This document shows, one piece after another, positions 52,661-64,000 of a DNA stretch of 64,000 nucleotides (within the stretch, counting starts at the first letter, position 1; every line of letters starts with the position of its first letter). The notes under the pieces are model-generated. The model saw only the letters and a list, made by a program, of their open reading frames with translations, was not told the origin of the DNA and searched no databases. Source of the stretch: Mytilus edulis (Eukaryota); the NCBI RefSeq assembly GCF_963676685.1, contig NC_092344.1, positions 49,352,001 to 49,416,000 of the forward strand. Reading direction: 5' to 3'. A program made the translations under genes and the position numbers.

Positions 52661-54434
52661 ATGGAAGGGAAAGCTGTTATCATTTTCTTTGGCTTTATAG
52701 CATGTGCTTTTGCTGGTATGTATTTTATGACGTTATATATTTTCATTATTATTTAAATGAGAATTTATACAAAGGAATAAGTCATGAGCAAACATTTTTA
52801 AAACTTTACAGACCAAATTTTTGAAAACAAACTATCCAAAGATTCTTTAAAAAATGATTAAAATACATGAATGTTCAAATTAACATACAAACAATGATAC
52901 ATCGTTTCAACACTTGGCTTATACGTTTACCATTCCTCATAAGGAAACAAATCGCAGAAAACAAGGAAATTTGAAATCATTTAAGGAAAAAAATTGTAAA
53001 AGGAAAATCAAAAATGACGGATACATAACATAAGAATACCTATCATATTATATTTAAAACGCAAACATGTTTTACAATTGGTATAAGTAAATTAGAACAG
53101 CGGTTTTTGACTTGGATATTGACTTGGATCTTGATATTATTCAAATGAAGATTTATACAAAGGAATAAGTCATGAGCAAACATTATTAAAACATTACAAC
53201 CCAAATATGTGAAAATGAAACAATCAAAAGATTCTTTAAAGAAGTTTATTAATACATGAATGTTAGAATTAACATACAAAAACTGATACATCGTTTCGAC
53301 ACTTTTTGAAATCATTTAAGAATAAAAATTGTAGCAGGCAAAGCAAAAATGACGAATACATAACATGAGAATACCTTATATATTGTATTTAAAGCACAAA
53401 CATGTTTACAAATGGTGTAAGTAAATTAGAACAGCGGTTTTTGACTTGGAAATATAGTTAATAGAACATAGAGTAAAAACAAAAACACCTAATGTTTGGT
53501 CATTGTTAAGAAAATACAAAAAATACTCACTTCTAACGATAAAACCGTGAAAGTACTTATACTATATGTAATATTTATATAAGTAATACATTCTTTGAAA
53601 AACACTTTTGTTGTAAAACAAATATTGAAACCGAATAATACTATAATCTGTTCTTCATCACTGTTTAGATTTATGTAGACAAAATGCGCGTCTGTCTTAT
53701 CAAATAAAAAGCCTGGTACCTTTCATTTTTTCGAATGAAAATTCATATTTCAACATTTCTAATCAATATTTATTATTACAGTATATTCACCCAAAGGCGG
53801 GAAAGCTTGTGAAATTGAATGCTCTAGTCATTCAGAATGTCTAGATGGATACAAATGCCAAACCGAAGGATGTGATCGTATGTGCAGACCTGGAAGAGTA
53901 ATCTTATCAAATGCAGTTGTCGGATCAGACATTATTTCAGCTGGATGCGTTCAGAGATGTATAAACCGAGGTGGGCTAGGTTGCAGAAGTCTTTGTCAGC
54001 GTAGTGGAGATTTATTATCAGGAGGCCAAATCATTCGTAGTGGTTCCTTAGACAGTAGATTCAATGATGCCTTAGTAGATTCTATTCGGTCAGATAGTCT
54101 TGTTAGACATACCTCGTCAGTAGGTGATTCTGTTCGATCAGGTAGTCTTGTTAGACATATCTCGCCAGTAGGTGATTCTATTCGCTCAGATAGTCTCTTT
54201 GGACGTATCTCACCATTAGGTGATTCTATTCGGTCAGGTAGTCTTGTTAGACATATCTCGCCAGTAGGTGATTCTATTCGGTCAGGTAGTCTTCTTGGAC
54301 GTATCTCGCAAGTTGGTTCAATTTTACATAAAGGCTGTCAAAATACATGCATTGCACGAGGCTGCAACTTCAACGAGGAATGTGTCACACGAGATGGATG
54401 TTCTGTATGTGTTCGTGCCAAGACCTACGCATAA
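52661..54434 (+). CDS. Secreted cysteine-rich repeat protein, paralogue 6 (235 aa; join 52661..52715,53782..54434)
   Basis: Same exon structure, intact frame. AATAAA at 54527-54532. Confidence 0.92.
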
Positions 54435-57400
54435 GATAAGACAACAGATGACATAATATATTGTGCAATATTTAAATGATAGTTATCCATGTATTGTGAT
54501 ATTTTATAATTTTGTTTTGATACACAAATAAAGTATTTATTATAACAGAGTTTATTTTAATTTTTTGTCTTTGATTCACAGCTGCCTCTCACGCATGTTC
54601 AACAACAAAATTGGCAACAAATCGTAACCTTAGAAAGCTTCTAACAGAAATATAAGACACATCAGTAAAGCCTTCTATAATTCTAATCATTATGACTGAA
54701 AAAGAATTTCGCATGTGCACCAGAATATATAGCAAAGAACAAATTGCAATATATTTCAATTATCAGAATTATTGTTAATCATATTTCTGTAATAAAATAT
54801 CAGTGCTATTGCTTAAATGGTGTTTCTTGGAATGAGAGTAAAAATAAAATACAATTTTCACTGAAATAAAGAAAATGACATATTTTATCATTTTAATAAT
54901 TGTATTTTACAAAAAAAACTTTTGTTCAATTATTTTTTTTCCAACTTTGCCACATAAGGAAGGCAACTCAAATGTAAGGGCTGCGATAATTCAGATAAAG
55001 TTACTTCTACAATAGAATGTGTTAAGAATTTACCTATTTCTTTATGTAGCAAGAAAACGAGTCCTGTGACCTATTTTTTCTTTTTCTTACCTGACATCAT
55101 AATGTTAGAGATATCTTCTCATATTCTATCTAAAAATTTTATGGTGTAGTTTTCGTTTTATGGCAGAAAATTTGGTTTTCCATGCATGATCTATTCAAAA
55201 TTTGTCAAATTTGCACAACCTGTAGCACGAAAACAAGCCCCGTGACCCATTCGTTTTATTTATGTTTTTAAAAAAGCATGATATAAACTACATTTTGGCA
55301 AAGTATTAAAACATTTTATGGATTATAATTTAGACACCCCCATCTACCTTAAACTAGAAACTGTAATTAAAATGTAACGTTTAAACTTAACATGATTTAA
55401 CACTTAACCTTAATAATAGTGGAAATTATTCGATAAACCTCTTAAAAATACCAACACTGAAAGACCGAAAATGAGGATAAAAAATATTATAAAGAAAGAT
55501 GATGTTTGTTAACAAACATTATCTGTAATCCATTTCTTGCTGTATTTGGTAAAATGTATAGAAATTGTTCGTTCTCAATGCTCTTAATCTTTGTACTTTA
55601 TTTGGCTTATCTAAAAAAAATTATTCGAGTGTCACTGATGAGTCTTTTGTAGACGAAATGCGCATTGGGCGGAAATACAAAATTTCTATCCTAGTATCTA
55701 TGATGAGATTATTTGCATTAATCTCGTGTTGTTTTTGATGTGTTTTGTCATTTGACTTTTGCCATGTTTAGGGACTTTCCGAATTGATCTTCCCCTGAGT
55801 TCAGTATTTTTGTGATTTTACTTTTTTGTATAACAGTGTAAGAAAGTATGAATTAATTTGATTTGCTTATCCAACCTCATAAGACGATATTACGGCATTT
55901 TCATTTGCTTTTCGTTAGGTCCAAGATACCTTTAAAATGTTAAGAAGATGTATTTTTGTTAACGGCAACTGCATGAACAGATATATGTGATTTCTGCAAA
56001 AATATACAAAACACTCACATCTTTTACCTGACAATCTTCTTTCTATCAATGTTTGTTACATTCTGAAGCGTACAAAAAGTCTTTTAAATGTCTGATGTTA
56101 AAGTTTTACACAGGAAAAGGACATATTATGTCATACTAGAATCTGCAAATAAATAGATCAACAATTCGCGAAATTTTAAATTTAATCAAATGATAGTGTT
56201 GACCATTGAGAAATAGGTTAAACAACTTGAAATAAATTGATATCGCTTTGTCTCACTCTCATCAAGTATTCTAATGGTAATAATAAACTCTCCGAAGGCT
56301 TGTTAATTGTCCTTTTGAAATTTGATAACTCAAATTGACGCCAAGCGATTATCCATTCTCACTGGTTATAAAACCTATTATTACAGCATTCTTTAAATAA
56401 CAGCTATGGTTTTGATTTTAAAGATGCTCTTATTTGCCTCTCAAAATTTGTATCTATTCCTTTAAAGTACTAAACATAAAAAGAACATGTGGTGTGTTTG
56501 CCAATTGAGACACTCTCCACAAGAAACCAAATTACGCAGACTTTAACGACTATAGGTCACCGTACGGTCTTCAACAATTAACAAAGCGCATACTACATAG
56601 TCAGTTATAAATCGCCCTGAAATGACAAATTAATGTAAAACAATTCAAACGAGGAAACATACGGCCTAATGTTTGTAAAAGATAGGAACGAAAAACAAAT
56701 ATTTAACTCATCAACAACTGACAATCACTGAATTGAATTACAAGCTCATGATTTGGGACAGGCATATACATACAGATGTGGCGGGGTTAAACATGTTAGC
56801 GGGATCTAAACCTTCCCGAAACCTGGAACAGTCTCTCCCCAAACCTGGAACAGTGGTGTAACAGTACAACATAAAAACAAACTATAAAAAAGGTCATCAG
56901 ATGGATACAAATAGAAATATTATAAAATAAAACGGTTATTTTTTACCATATCACGTGATTACATAACTTTGAAATCATGTGGGATTTTGTAAAATTTCAG
57001 ACATGTTTATATCTAAAAATTACATTCATAACTTTTGTTTTACTTCATTAATACATACTGATTAAAAACTGAAACTGTTATGAAGGTTTTGAATGCTATC
57101 TGCTCTTGGTCGACGTCTACAATCTCCAGTAAAAGCATGCGTTATCTGCTCTTTGGTTGGGTTGTTGTCTCTTTGACATTTTCCCAATGTCAATCCTCAA
57201 TTTTGCTTATTAGCTAAGAGGAATGCTTTGAATGACAAACTGAAGTTACGAAGTTTAAGTTGAATATACCAGTGATTTTCAGATAAATAAGGTTCTTCGG
57301 TTTCTATAAATTGTATTCAAAAGTTATTTAATCTAATTACACCCCATCAAATATAGATGCTGTCAAGTTTTGTGAATTTTTAGGATTGTGTAATAAAATG

Positions 57401-57842
57401 TGTAAAACTTGACAAAAAATACAGATATTATCAGACCTCCGATTTCGTTTAAAAAAATCAAATTCAGAGTAGAATGATTTTTACGCAAACTTATGGTTCA
57501 TCTATCTTTAAAGACCACAATATTTAAATGCATGTTTTTCTATGACAAACATCCTGACATATTCGTTATGGTATAACATCTTAACCTTTGCAATATGTTT
57601 TTTTTCAATTTTAAAGACGTCTCTTAAATGAATATTTAACAAAATATAAAATGCAGAAAAAATAAACAAACGGCCATCAAACAATTTTTTAATTTCAACA
57701 ACATTTTTTGACCAAACCAATATGTCTTAAAAAAATTTTTGTTGTGGTTAGGCGATACGGGAGACTGAGGTTAAAGTTTTTAGCAGATAAATTCAATGTA
57801 AGTATGACATTTAGAACTTGATTAATGACCATATTTACATGT

Positions 57843-58000
57843 ATTGCGAAACTTACGTCACGCCTGCACTGAACGATTTATTTCCTCTAGTACAGTATAT
57901 TTCCTCATATAGAGTGTATATAAGACAGGAATAAATTGAAGACTTATCAAAACATTTCTGTACACCGTTAAATAGAAATACACATACATTCAAGGTAAGT
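57843..58000 (+). promoter_or_regulatory. Putative promoter and non-coding exon 1 of paralogue 7
   Basis: ttacgtca at 57853-57860, TATATAAG at 57917-57924 and donor at 57994/57995. Confidence 0.7.
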
Positions 58001-58241
58001 TATATGTTCATAATGAATTCATTTTTCAAAGTATTATAGAAAATGTTTAAATGTATGCAATTACTGTTGTAGTATGAAAAACAACAACTTCTATCTCGTT
58101 AAGAAATAAGTTCTTACGATTAGAGGATGGTTAGGAATGTAATTTTGATTTCATTTTTACCTTTTTTCTGTGAACGTCAAATCATCTGAAGTCACGATAA
58201 AGAAAACGATTCGGTAGATACAAAAGATGTAATAATTGTCA

Positions 58242-58988
58242 TTATCATATACTTAGACTAAATAATATATTATTTTCAATGTATGATAAAAAGATTAAAT
58301 TAACGTAAACTCAATATGTTTCGAATTTGTGCCTAGCGTGCTATTATGAAAAGTTTATCCAATGCTTCCATAGTTATCACATGCCTTTCCGTAAAGTGAT
58401 CGCATGGCATTTAGGTGATACTCGGCAAATTCCGGAAAATACAATTCAATACTACGCTTTCAGTGAAAAACATTACAAAGTATTGTACAAAACAATTATT
58501 TGAATACTGAAAAGTATATTGTGTAAAATAATAAAAAGCAGAAAACAAACAAAAAAATAAATAAATGCATTTTTAAATGTATAAAAAGTTTCAAACATAA
58601 TTTAGAAAGTTACTTTAAAAAAGTTGACTTTTCCAAACATTAGGTATATTGTTGAATTATTGTTTTTGTCGATTCGTTCATAATTTTTTTCTTCTCTGTT
58701 GAGGCATATGATGAGAAAAATTTCATATCGAATGTACTAAATCTGGAGTCCGACGTCCGTGTACATTTCAATCTTTGAACTTCTATTTTGGAACCACGTA
58801 AAAGGATCAATATATGAATCTGTTATTTTTCTCCATTGTTTAAGCATATGATAAAAAGATCATAACATGTCTTTTTTCATATCTCATGTATTATCAGACC
58901 TCGGTCAATATCAGACCTCGAGCAATGCGGCTCTTGGGCTCGTATTGAACCTAGGGCTGATAATACATGCAATATGAAAAATGCCATG
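58242..58988. mobile_element. Unclassified insertion in intron 1 of paralogue 7 (IR-bounded segment plus long hairpin)
   Basis: IR ttatcatatactta (58242) / taagcatatgataa (58854), followed by an imperfect hairpin at 58866-58988. Absent from intron 1 of genes 3-6. Confidence 0.55.
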
Positions 58989-59222
58989 AAATAATCTTAA
59001 ATTATCAGCTGTTAAAAACACGCGGATGATCAGAAAAGTGTTTTTTTCTTAATAATAAGATGTATGGCAATCATACATTTTTCATGGCTATTCCTGCTGA
59101 TAAGTATTGCAACCCTAGTTTAAGGCATCAGATATATTGGAAGAATAAATTTTTCAATTTTAGTGACATTTGCAAACCAATCAATTTTAGTTGCATTTGT
59201 TTTAATATTCATTCTAGGTATA

Positions 59223-60884
59223 ATGTTAGGGAAAGCTGTTATCATTTTCTTTGGATTTATAGCATGTGCTTTTGCTGGTATGTATCTTATGACGTTATAT
59301 ATTTTTTATTGTTCAAATGAGGATTTATACAAATGAATTAGTCATGAGAAAACATTATTAAAACAATACAGACTAAATATTTGAAAACAAACAATACAAA
59401 GATTCTTTAAACAAATGATTAAATACATGAATGCTAGAATTAACATACAAACAATGATACATCGTTTCAACATTTGGCTTGTACATTTACTATTCCGAAT
59501 AAGGAAACAGATCGCGGAAACAACGATATTTGAAATTCATTTAAGAATAAAAATTGTTTCTTGTACCAGATGCGCATTTCGACAATACATGTTTCTTCAG
59601 TGAGGCTCGTGGCCAAAATATTTGAAATCCAAAGCTTATATAAAGATGAAGAGCTATAATCCAAAAGGTCCAAAAAGTATAGCCAAATCCGTCAAAGGAA
59701 TCAGAGCTTTACATGAGGGAGATACATTCCTTAATTTATAATAATTTCTATCATTTTGTAACAGCACATTTTTATAACACAAAAAAAATCCGTATTTTCA
59801 TGCCAGTACCGAAGTACTCAAACCTGGTCTTTCTATTGGTGTTAGTAAATTAGAACAGCGGTTTTTGATTTAGAAAAATAAGTAATAGAACAAAGAGTTC
59901 CAAAAAATATCATTTTTTTTTATTGTTTGAGAAAATGAAAAAAAAAATTATTTTACCTTTTTCTACGAGTAAAAAGCATATTTTACTCTCACCATTAACG
60001 ACGAAACTACGAAAGCACTTATATATTTTATATCAATAATGCAATGTATAATACACACTTTGTTTGTAAAAAATATCGAAACCGAATAATATTTAAAATC
60101 TAAGATACTTCACTGAAGAGTCTTATGTTGACGAAACGCGCGACTGGCTTATCAAATAATAGGCCTGGTACCTTTTATGTTTTACGAATGATAATTCATA
60201 TTTCAACATTTCTAATTAAAATTTATTATTACAGTATATTCACCCAAAGGCGGGAAAGCTTGTGAAATTGAATGCTCCAGTCATTCAGAATGTCTAGATG
60301 GATACAAATGCCAAACCGAAGGATGTGATCGTATGTGCAGACCTGGAAGAGTAATTTTATCTAATGCAGTTGCCGGATCAGACATTATTTCAGCTGGATG
60401 CGTTCAGAGATGTATGGACCGAGGTGGGCTAGGTTGCAGAAGGGTTTGTCAGCATAGTGCAGATTTATTATCAGGAGGCCAAATCATTCGTAGTGGTTCC
60501 TTAGACAGTAGATTCAATGATGCCTTAGTAGATTCTATTCGGTCAGATAGTCTTGTTAGACATACCTCTTCAGTAGATGATTCTATTCGGTCAGGTAGTC
60601 TTGTTAGACATATCTTGCCAGTAGGTGATTCTATTCGGTCAGATAGTCTTCTAGGACGTATCTCACCAGTAGGTGATTCTATTCGATCAGGTAATCTTGT
60701 TAGACATATCTCGCCAGGAGGTGCACTACGGTCAGGTAGTCTTCTTGGACGTATCTCGCAAGTTGATGCAATTTCACACAAAGGCTGTCAAAATACATGC
60801 ATTTCACGAGGCTGCAACTTCAACGAGGAATGTGTCACCAGAGATGGATGTTCTGTATGTGTTCGTGCCAAGACCTACGCATAA
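59223..60884 (+). CDS. Secreted cysteine-rich repeat protein, paralogue 7 (234 aa; join 59223..59277,60235..60884)
   Basis: Signal exon MLGKAVIIFFGFIACAFA, intact frame and a one-codon deletion in the repeat tract. AATAAA at 60977-60982. Confidence 0.92.
59563..59818 (-). mobile_element. Partial 350-bp-family retrozyme, antisense in intron 2 of paralogue 7
   Basis: The reverse complement matches the 350-bp unit. Hammerhead gcctca-CTGAAGA-aacatgtattgtc-GAAA-tgcgcatc-tggtac at 59563-59607. Confidence 0.8.
60111..60147 (+). ncRNA. Intronic hammerhead relic (more decayed copies at 24521-24556, about 33715, 42518 and 53658)
   Basis: ca-CTGAAGA-gtc-ttatgtt-gac-GAAA-cgcgcg-AC-tgg. The cleavage triplet is GAC instead of GUC. 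Confidence 0.65.
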
Positions 60885-61729
60885 GATAAGACAACAGATG
60901 ACATAATATATTGTGCAATATTTAAATGATAGTTATCCATTGATCGTGATATTTTATAATTTTGTTTTGATACACAAATAAAGTATTTATTATAACAAAG
61001 TTTATTTTAATTTTGGTCTTAGAATTACAGCTGCCTCTAATGCATGTTAAAAAACAAAATCAGCAACAAATCGTAACATTAGAAACTTCTAACTGAAATA
61101 TAAGACACATCAGTAAAGCATTCTATAATTTTAATAATTATGACGGAAAAGAATTTCGCATGTGCAACAGAAGATATAGCAAATTACAAATTGCACTGCA
61201 TTTCAATCAAAAGAATTATTATTAATCGTTCTTCTCTAATGAAATATTACTACTATTGCATCAAAAAGTGTTTCCTTTTTGGAAATCTAGAGTCATGGAT
61301 TGAAAATTAAAAAGGGAAATAACAAAAATCTGAACTCCAAGGATGTTCAAAACATTTCCTTCTGTGAGAAAACAAATATATTGAACTTGTTTTTTTAAGC
61401 TAGCTAAAACTGTCACATGTTTGACAGTCGCATAAAATTCCATTATATTGTCAATAATGTGTGAACAGACATAAAATATAAACATATCGAAGGGATTCTG
61501 TTATGTTCGTTATCATTATTAAAAACAAATGTGTCAAAGAAAAACCAAATGGCACATAGGCAAAGCTTATATTTAGTAAAAATGAAAGATAGAATAGATT
61601 TTTAGAATGGCTGTAACAAAATAACGCAATAGAAAGTTGTACCATGGCATGCCAAAATGATATACAGGAAAATAAACTAAATAGTAAAGGTGAATGATTT
61701 AGATAGACAAAAAAAAAACATTATTGAAA

Positions 61730-62215
61730 GAGAGACGAAGAAAACCAAATGCATTCAAACTCATAAATCGATAATAATCTGACAACGCCATGGCTGAAAC
61801 ATAAAAAAAAAACAGACAACTAATACAGAATATCAAAAGACTGAGCAACACATGCAACACGAACTCCACTGAAAGATGAGACATATGCAGGTGCTCCAGA
61901 AGGGTTAGGAGATCTTGCTTTACATGTGGCACTCGTCATATTTCTCATGTTAGTAAAAACCCGCTATTTTGTCTAATTCAGTAGGTTACATTCGACCAAG
62001 CGGACGAGCATGCCGTTACGACAATGGAACATATTTGTTGTCATCTGTGAAACAGATATTCGATAAGGGTGAACCAACTCGCGATGGCGTCATAAAAATT
62101 AACGAAGGAAAGATTTCAACTTCACAATTTGGTTTAATACTTTCCATGTGAGCAGCAATTCTCTATCAAGGAAATCCTTATAGGAAACACAAGCGATGGA
62201 ATATCATATCAAATG
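61730..62215 (-). mobile_element. Old Penelope-like family B-related 3' fragment
   Basis: Diverged match to 20621-21130 (gacaacgccatggct, caggtgctcc, accaactcgcgatggcgtc, gtgagcagcaa). Confidence 0.65.
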
Positions 62216-62710
62216 GGTTAAGTTTTGACGTCAAGTCTTTTCTCAGATACTTCATAAGTCAGCTATAATTTCTAACATCCACTTCATTCTAACGATGATG
62301 GATAGTTTTGTAGTTGTCTCATTGGCAATCATACGACATCTTATTATTTTTATATATTTGGTGAATGAAATGATTGTAAATAAAGGCAACAGTAGTATAC
62401 CGCTGTTCAAAACTCGTAAATCTATGGACAAAAAACAAAATAGGGGGAAAAAACCAAAACTGAGGGAAACGCATTAAATAAGTAAGTTCTTCATGTCCCA
62501 CTGTCAAGTTTTGTCTAACCTTGACCTCTTATTCATAGATCAATGAACAATTTGTTTGGTTTCTCCTTTTTTAAGATGCTATACTGCCACTTTGTTTTGT
62601 ATATTGAAAGATTGTTAGGCAGTTAAGTGTACATCTTACAAGGTACATATAATCTTGGTCTCATTTCTATGGACCACTGATATTGTTATTTTGATGTGAT
62701 ACATGTATTA

Positions 62711-63120
62711 GATATAGGAAGATGTGGTGTGAGTGCCAATGAGACAACTCTCCATCCAAATAACAATTTAAAAATTAAACCATTATAGGTTAAAGTACGG
62801 CCTTCAACACGGAGCCTTGGCTCACACCGAACAACAAGCTATAAAGGGCCCCAAAATTACTAGCGTAAAACCATTCAAACGGGAAAACTAACGGTCTAAT
62901 CTATATAAACAAAACGAGAAACGAGAAACACGTATATATAACATAAACAAACGACAACTACTGTACATCAGATTCCTGACTTAGGACAGGTGCAAACATT
63001 TGCAGCGGGATTAAACGTTTTAATGGATCCAAACCTTCTCCCTTTTTCTGAAACAATAGCATAACATCACAACATAGAAAAACATACGATAAAATATCAA
63101 TTGGCAGACTTAACTCAATT
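62711..63120 (-). mobile_element. Interspersed retroelement 3'-end fragment
   Basis: Same family as 2874-3182, but longer and containing a complete twister-like motif. Confidence 0.7.
62968..63051 (-). ncRNA. Twister ribozyme-like RNA, type P5 permutation
   Basis: The minus strand reads tcaga-aaaa-ggga-GAAGG-tt-tggatcca-tta-aaacgtt-TAA-tccc-GC-tgcaaa-tg-tttgca-cctg-TCCTAAGT-cagg-aa-tctga. Confidence 0.75.
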
Positions 63121-63126
63121 AAACCA

Positions 63127-63417
63127 TTTTATTGTATAGCAATATAATATTTCCAACAGAAAGTAACCAAAAGTTAGCGTGCAATAAATTCCAATATTGC
63201 ACTAGCGCAATAAATTTTCAAAATTAATGACGTCATCAACGTCAAAATCTTAGTTTAAACCAATTTTTACTTTCAAATATTATATTGCTATACAATAAAA
63301 CTGTTATTGCATGAATATTGGGGAATATTGTCCCGCGTAGAACATATATTGCACTCGCAAGCTCGTGCAATATAAAATTCTACTCGGGACAATATTCCCC
63401 AATATTCATGCAATAAC
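63127..63417. mobile_element. Unclassified double inverted-repeat element
   Basis: IR ttttattgtatagcaatataatattt / aaatattatattgctatacaataaaa (63127-63300), directly followed by a long hairpin at 63303-63417. Confidence 0.7.
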
Positions 63418-63752
63418 CCTATAATATTACATATTTTCAACATATATTCAGTCTTAAGTAAAACAGGCGAGACATTTAAGCTGATTTCACTCTCGTGTTA
63501 TTTTAATAGATAAAAGTTTATAGAAGATCTTCCATTTGAGTCATTTGCGATAAGACTTATTTTCATGTGTGATTCGTTTGAAATTCACATTAAATCTCGA
63601 TACACATTAATTACATGAAAAAGTTCATATGAATCTACATTCAAAGTTTTCATAAATCCACAAGAAGAACGAAAAAAGCTCAAATTCGAACTTACTGTTT
63701 TGAGTTAAATATACCAATGCTCATATTAACGATTTCTTGTTTAATGTGATTG

Positions 63753-64000
63753 TCAAAGAGGGCCGAAAGATACCAAAGGGACAGTCAAACTCATAAATCT
63801 AAAACAAACTGACAACGCCATGGCTAAAAATGAAAAAGACAAACAGAAAAACAATAGTACACATGACACAACATAGAAAACTAAAGAATAAACAACACGA
63901 ACCCCACCAAAAACTAGGGATGATCTCAGGTGCTCCGGAATGGTAAGCAGATCCTGCTTTACATGTGGCACCCGTCGTGTTGCTTATGTGATTACAAATC
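63753..64000 (-). mobile_element. Penelope-like family B 3' end (runs off the window)
   Basis: Matches 20621-20865. Confidence 0.75.

Larger units (their letters stand above)
19960..61450 (+). repeat. Tandem segmental duplication: five gene-bearing units
   Basis: Promoter, introns, exons, 3' UTR and flanks recur. TATA-to-TATA spacings are 9197, 8837, 11102 and 5785 bp. The differences are explained by TE insertions and deletions. Confidence 0.95.

Noticed and set aside
585-60884. Naming the family as myticin, mytilin, defensin, CRP-I, perlwapin or lustrin
   Set aside because: Cys spacing and architecture do not match those families as I know them. Only a partial WAP-like resemblance is supportable without a search.

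Overview
AT-rich, intron-containing eukaryotic DNA. The repeat content looks like a mytilid mussel (Mytilus-like bivalve), which is an inference and not database-verified. There is one assembly gap (12432-12782). The genic content is a cluster of seven intact paralogues encoding secreted cysteine-rich proteins that I cannot name: gene 1 (+), gene 2 (-) and five near-identical tandem copies (+, genes 3-7). Each has an 18-aa signal-peptide exon, a phase-1 intron and one large coding exon. Genes 2-7 also show a short 5' non-coding exon. The large exon encodes a 6-Cys WAP-like domain (absent in gene 2), a CX3C-X7-CX3C hairpin-type motif, a Ser/Gly/Arg/Asp/Ile repeat tract and a second 6-Cys domain. 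The intergenic DNA is dominated by mobile elements: Penelope-like RT fragments, two Academ-like DNA transposons, TTAA-target (Kolobok-like) MITEs and palindromic elements. The most striking non-coding content is ribozyme-related. (i) A 5 x 350-bp tandem array of type I hammerhead ribozymes (non-LTR retrozyme) whose insertion starts at the self-cleavage site. (ii) Circularly permuted (type P5) twister-ribozyme folds in the 3' parts of several retroelement families, supported by covariation between copies, with two short palindromes in place of helix P1. Most ORFs in the supplied track are spurious.
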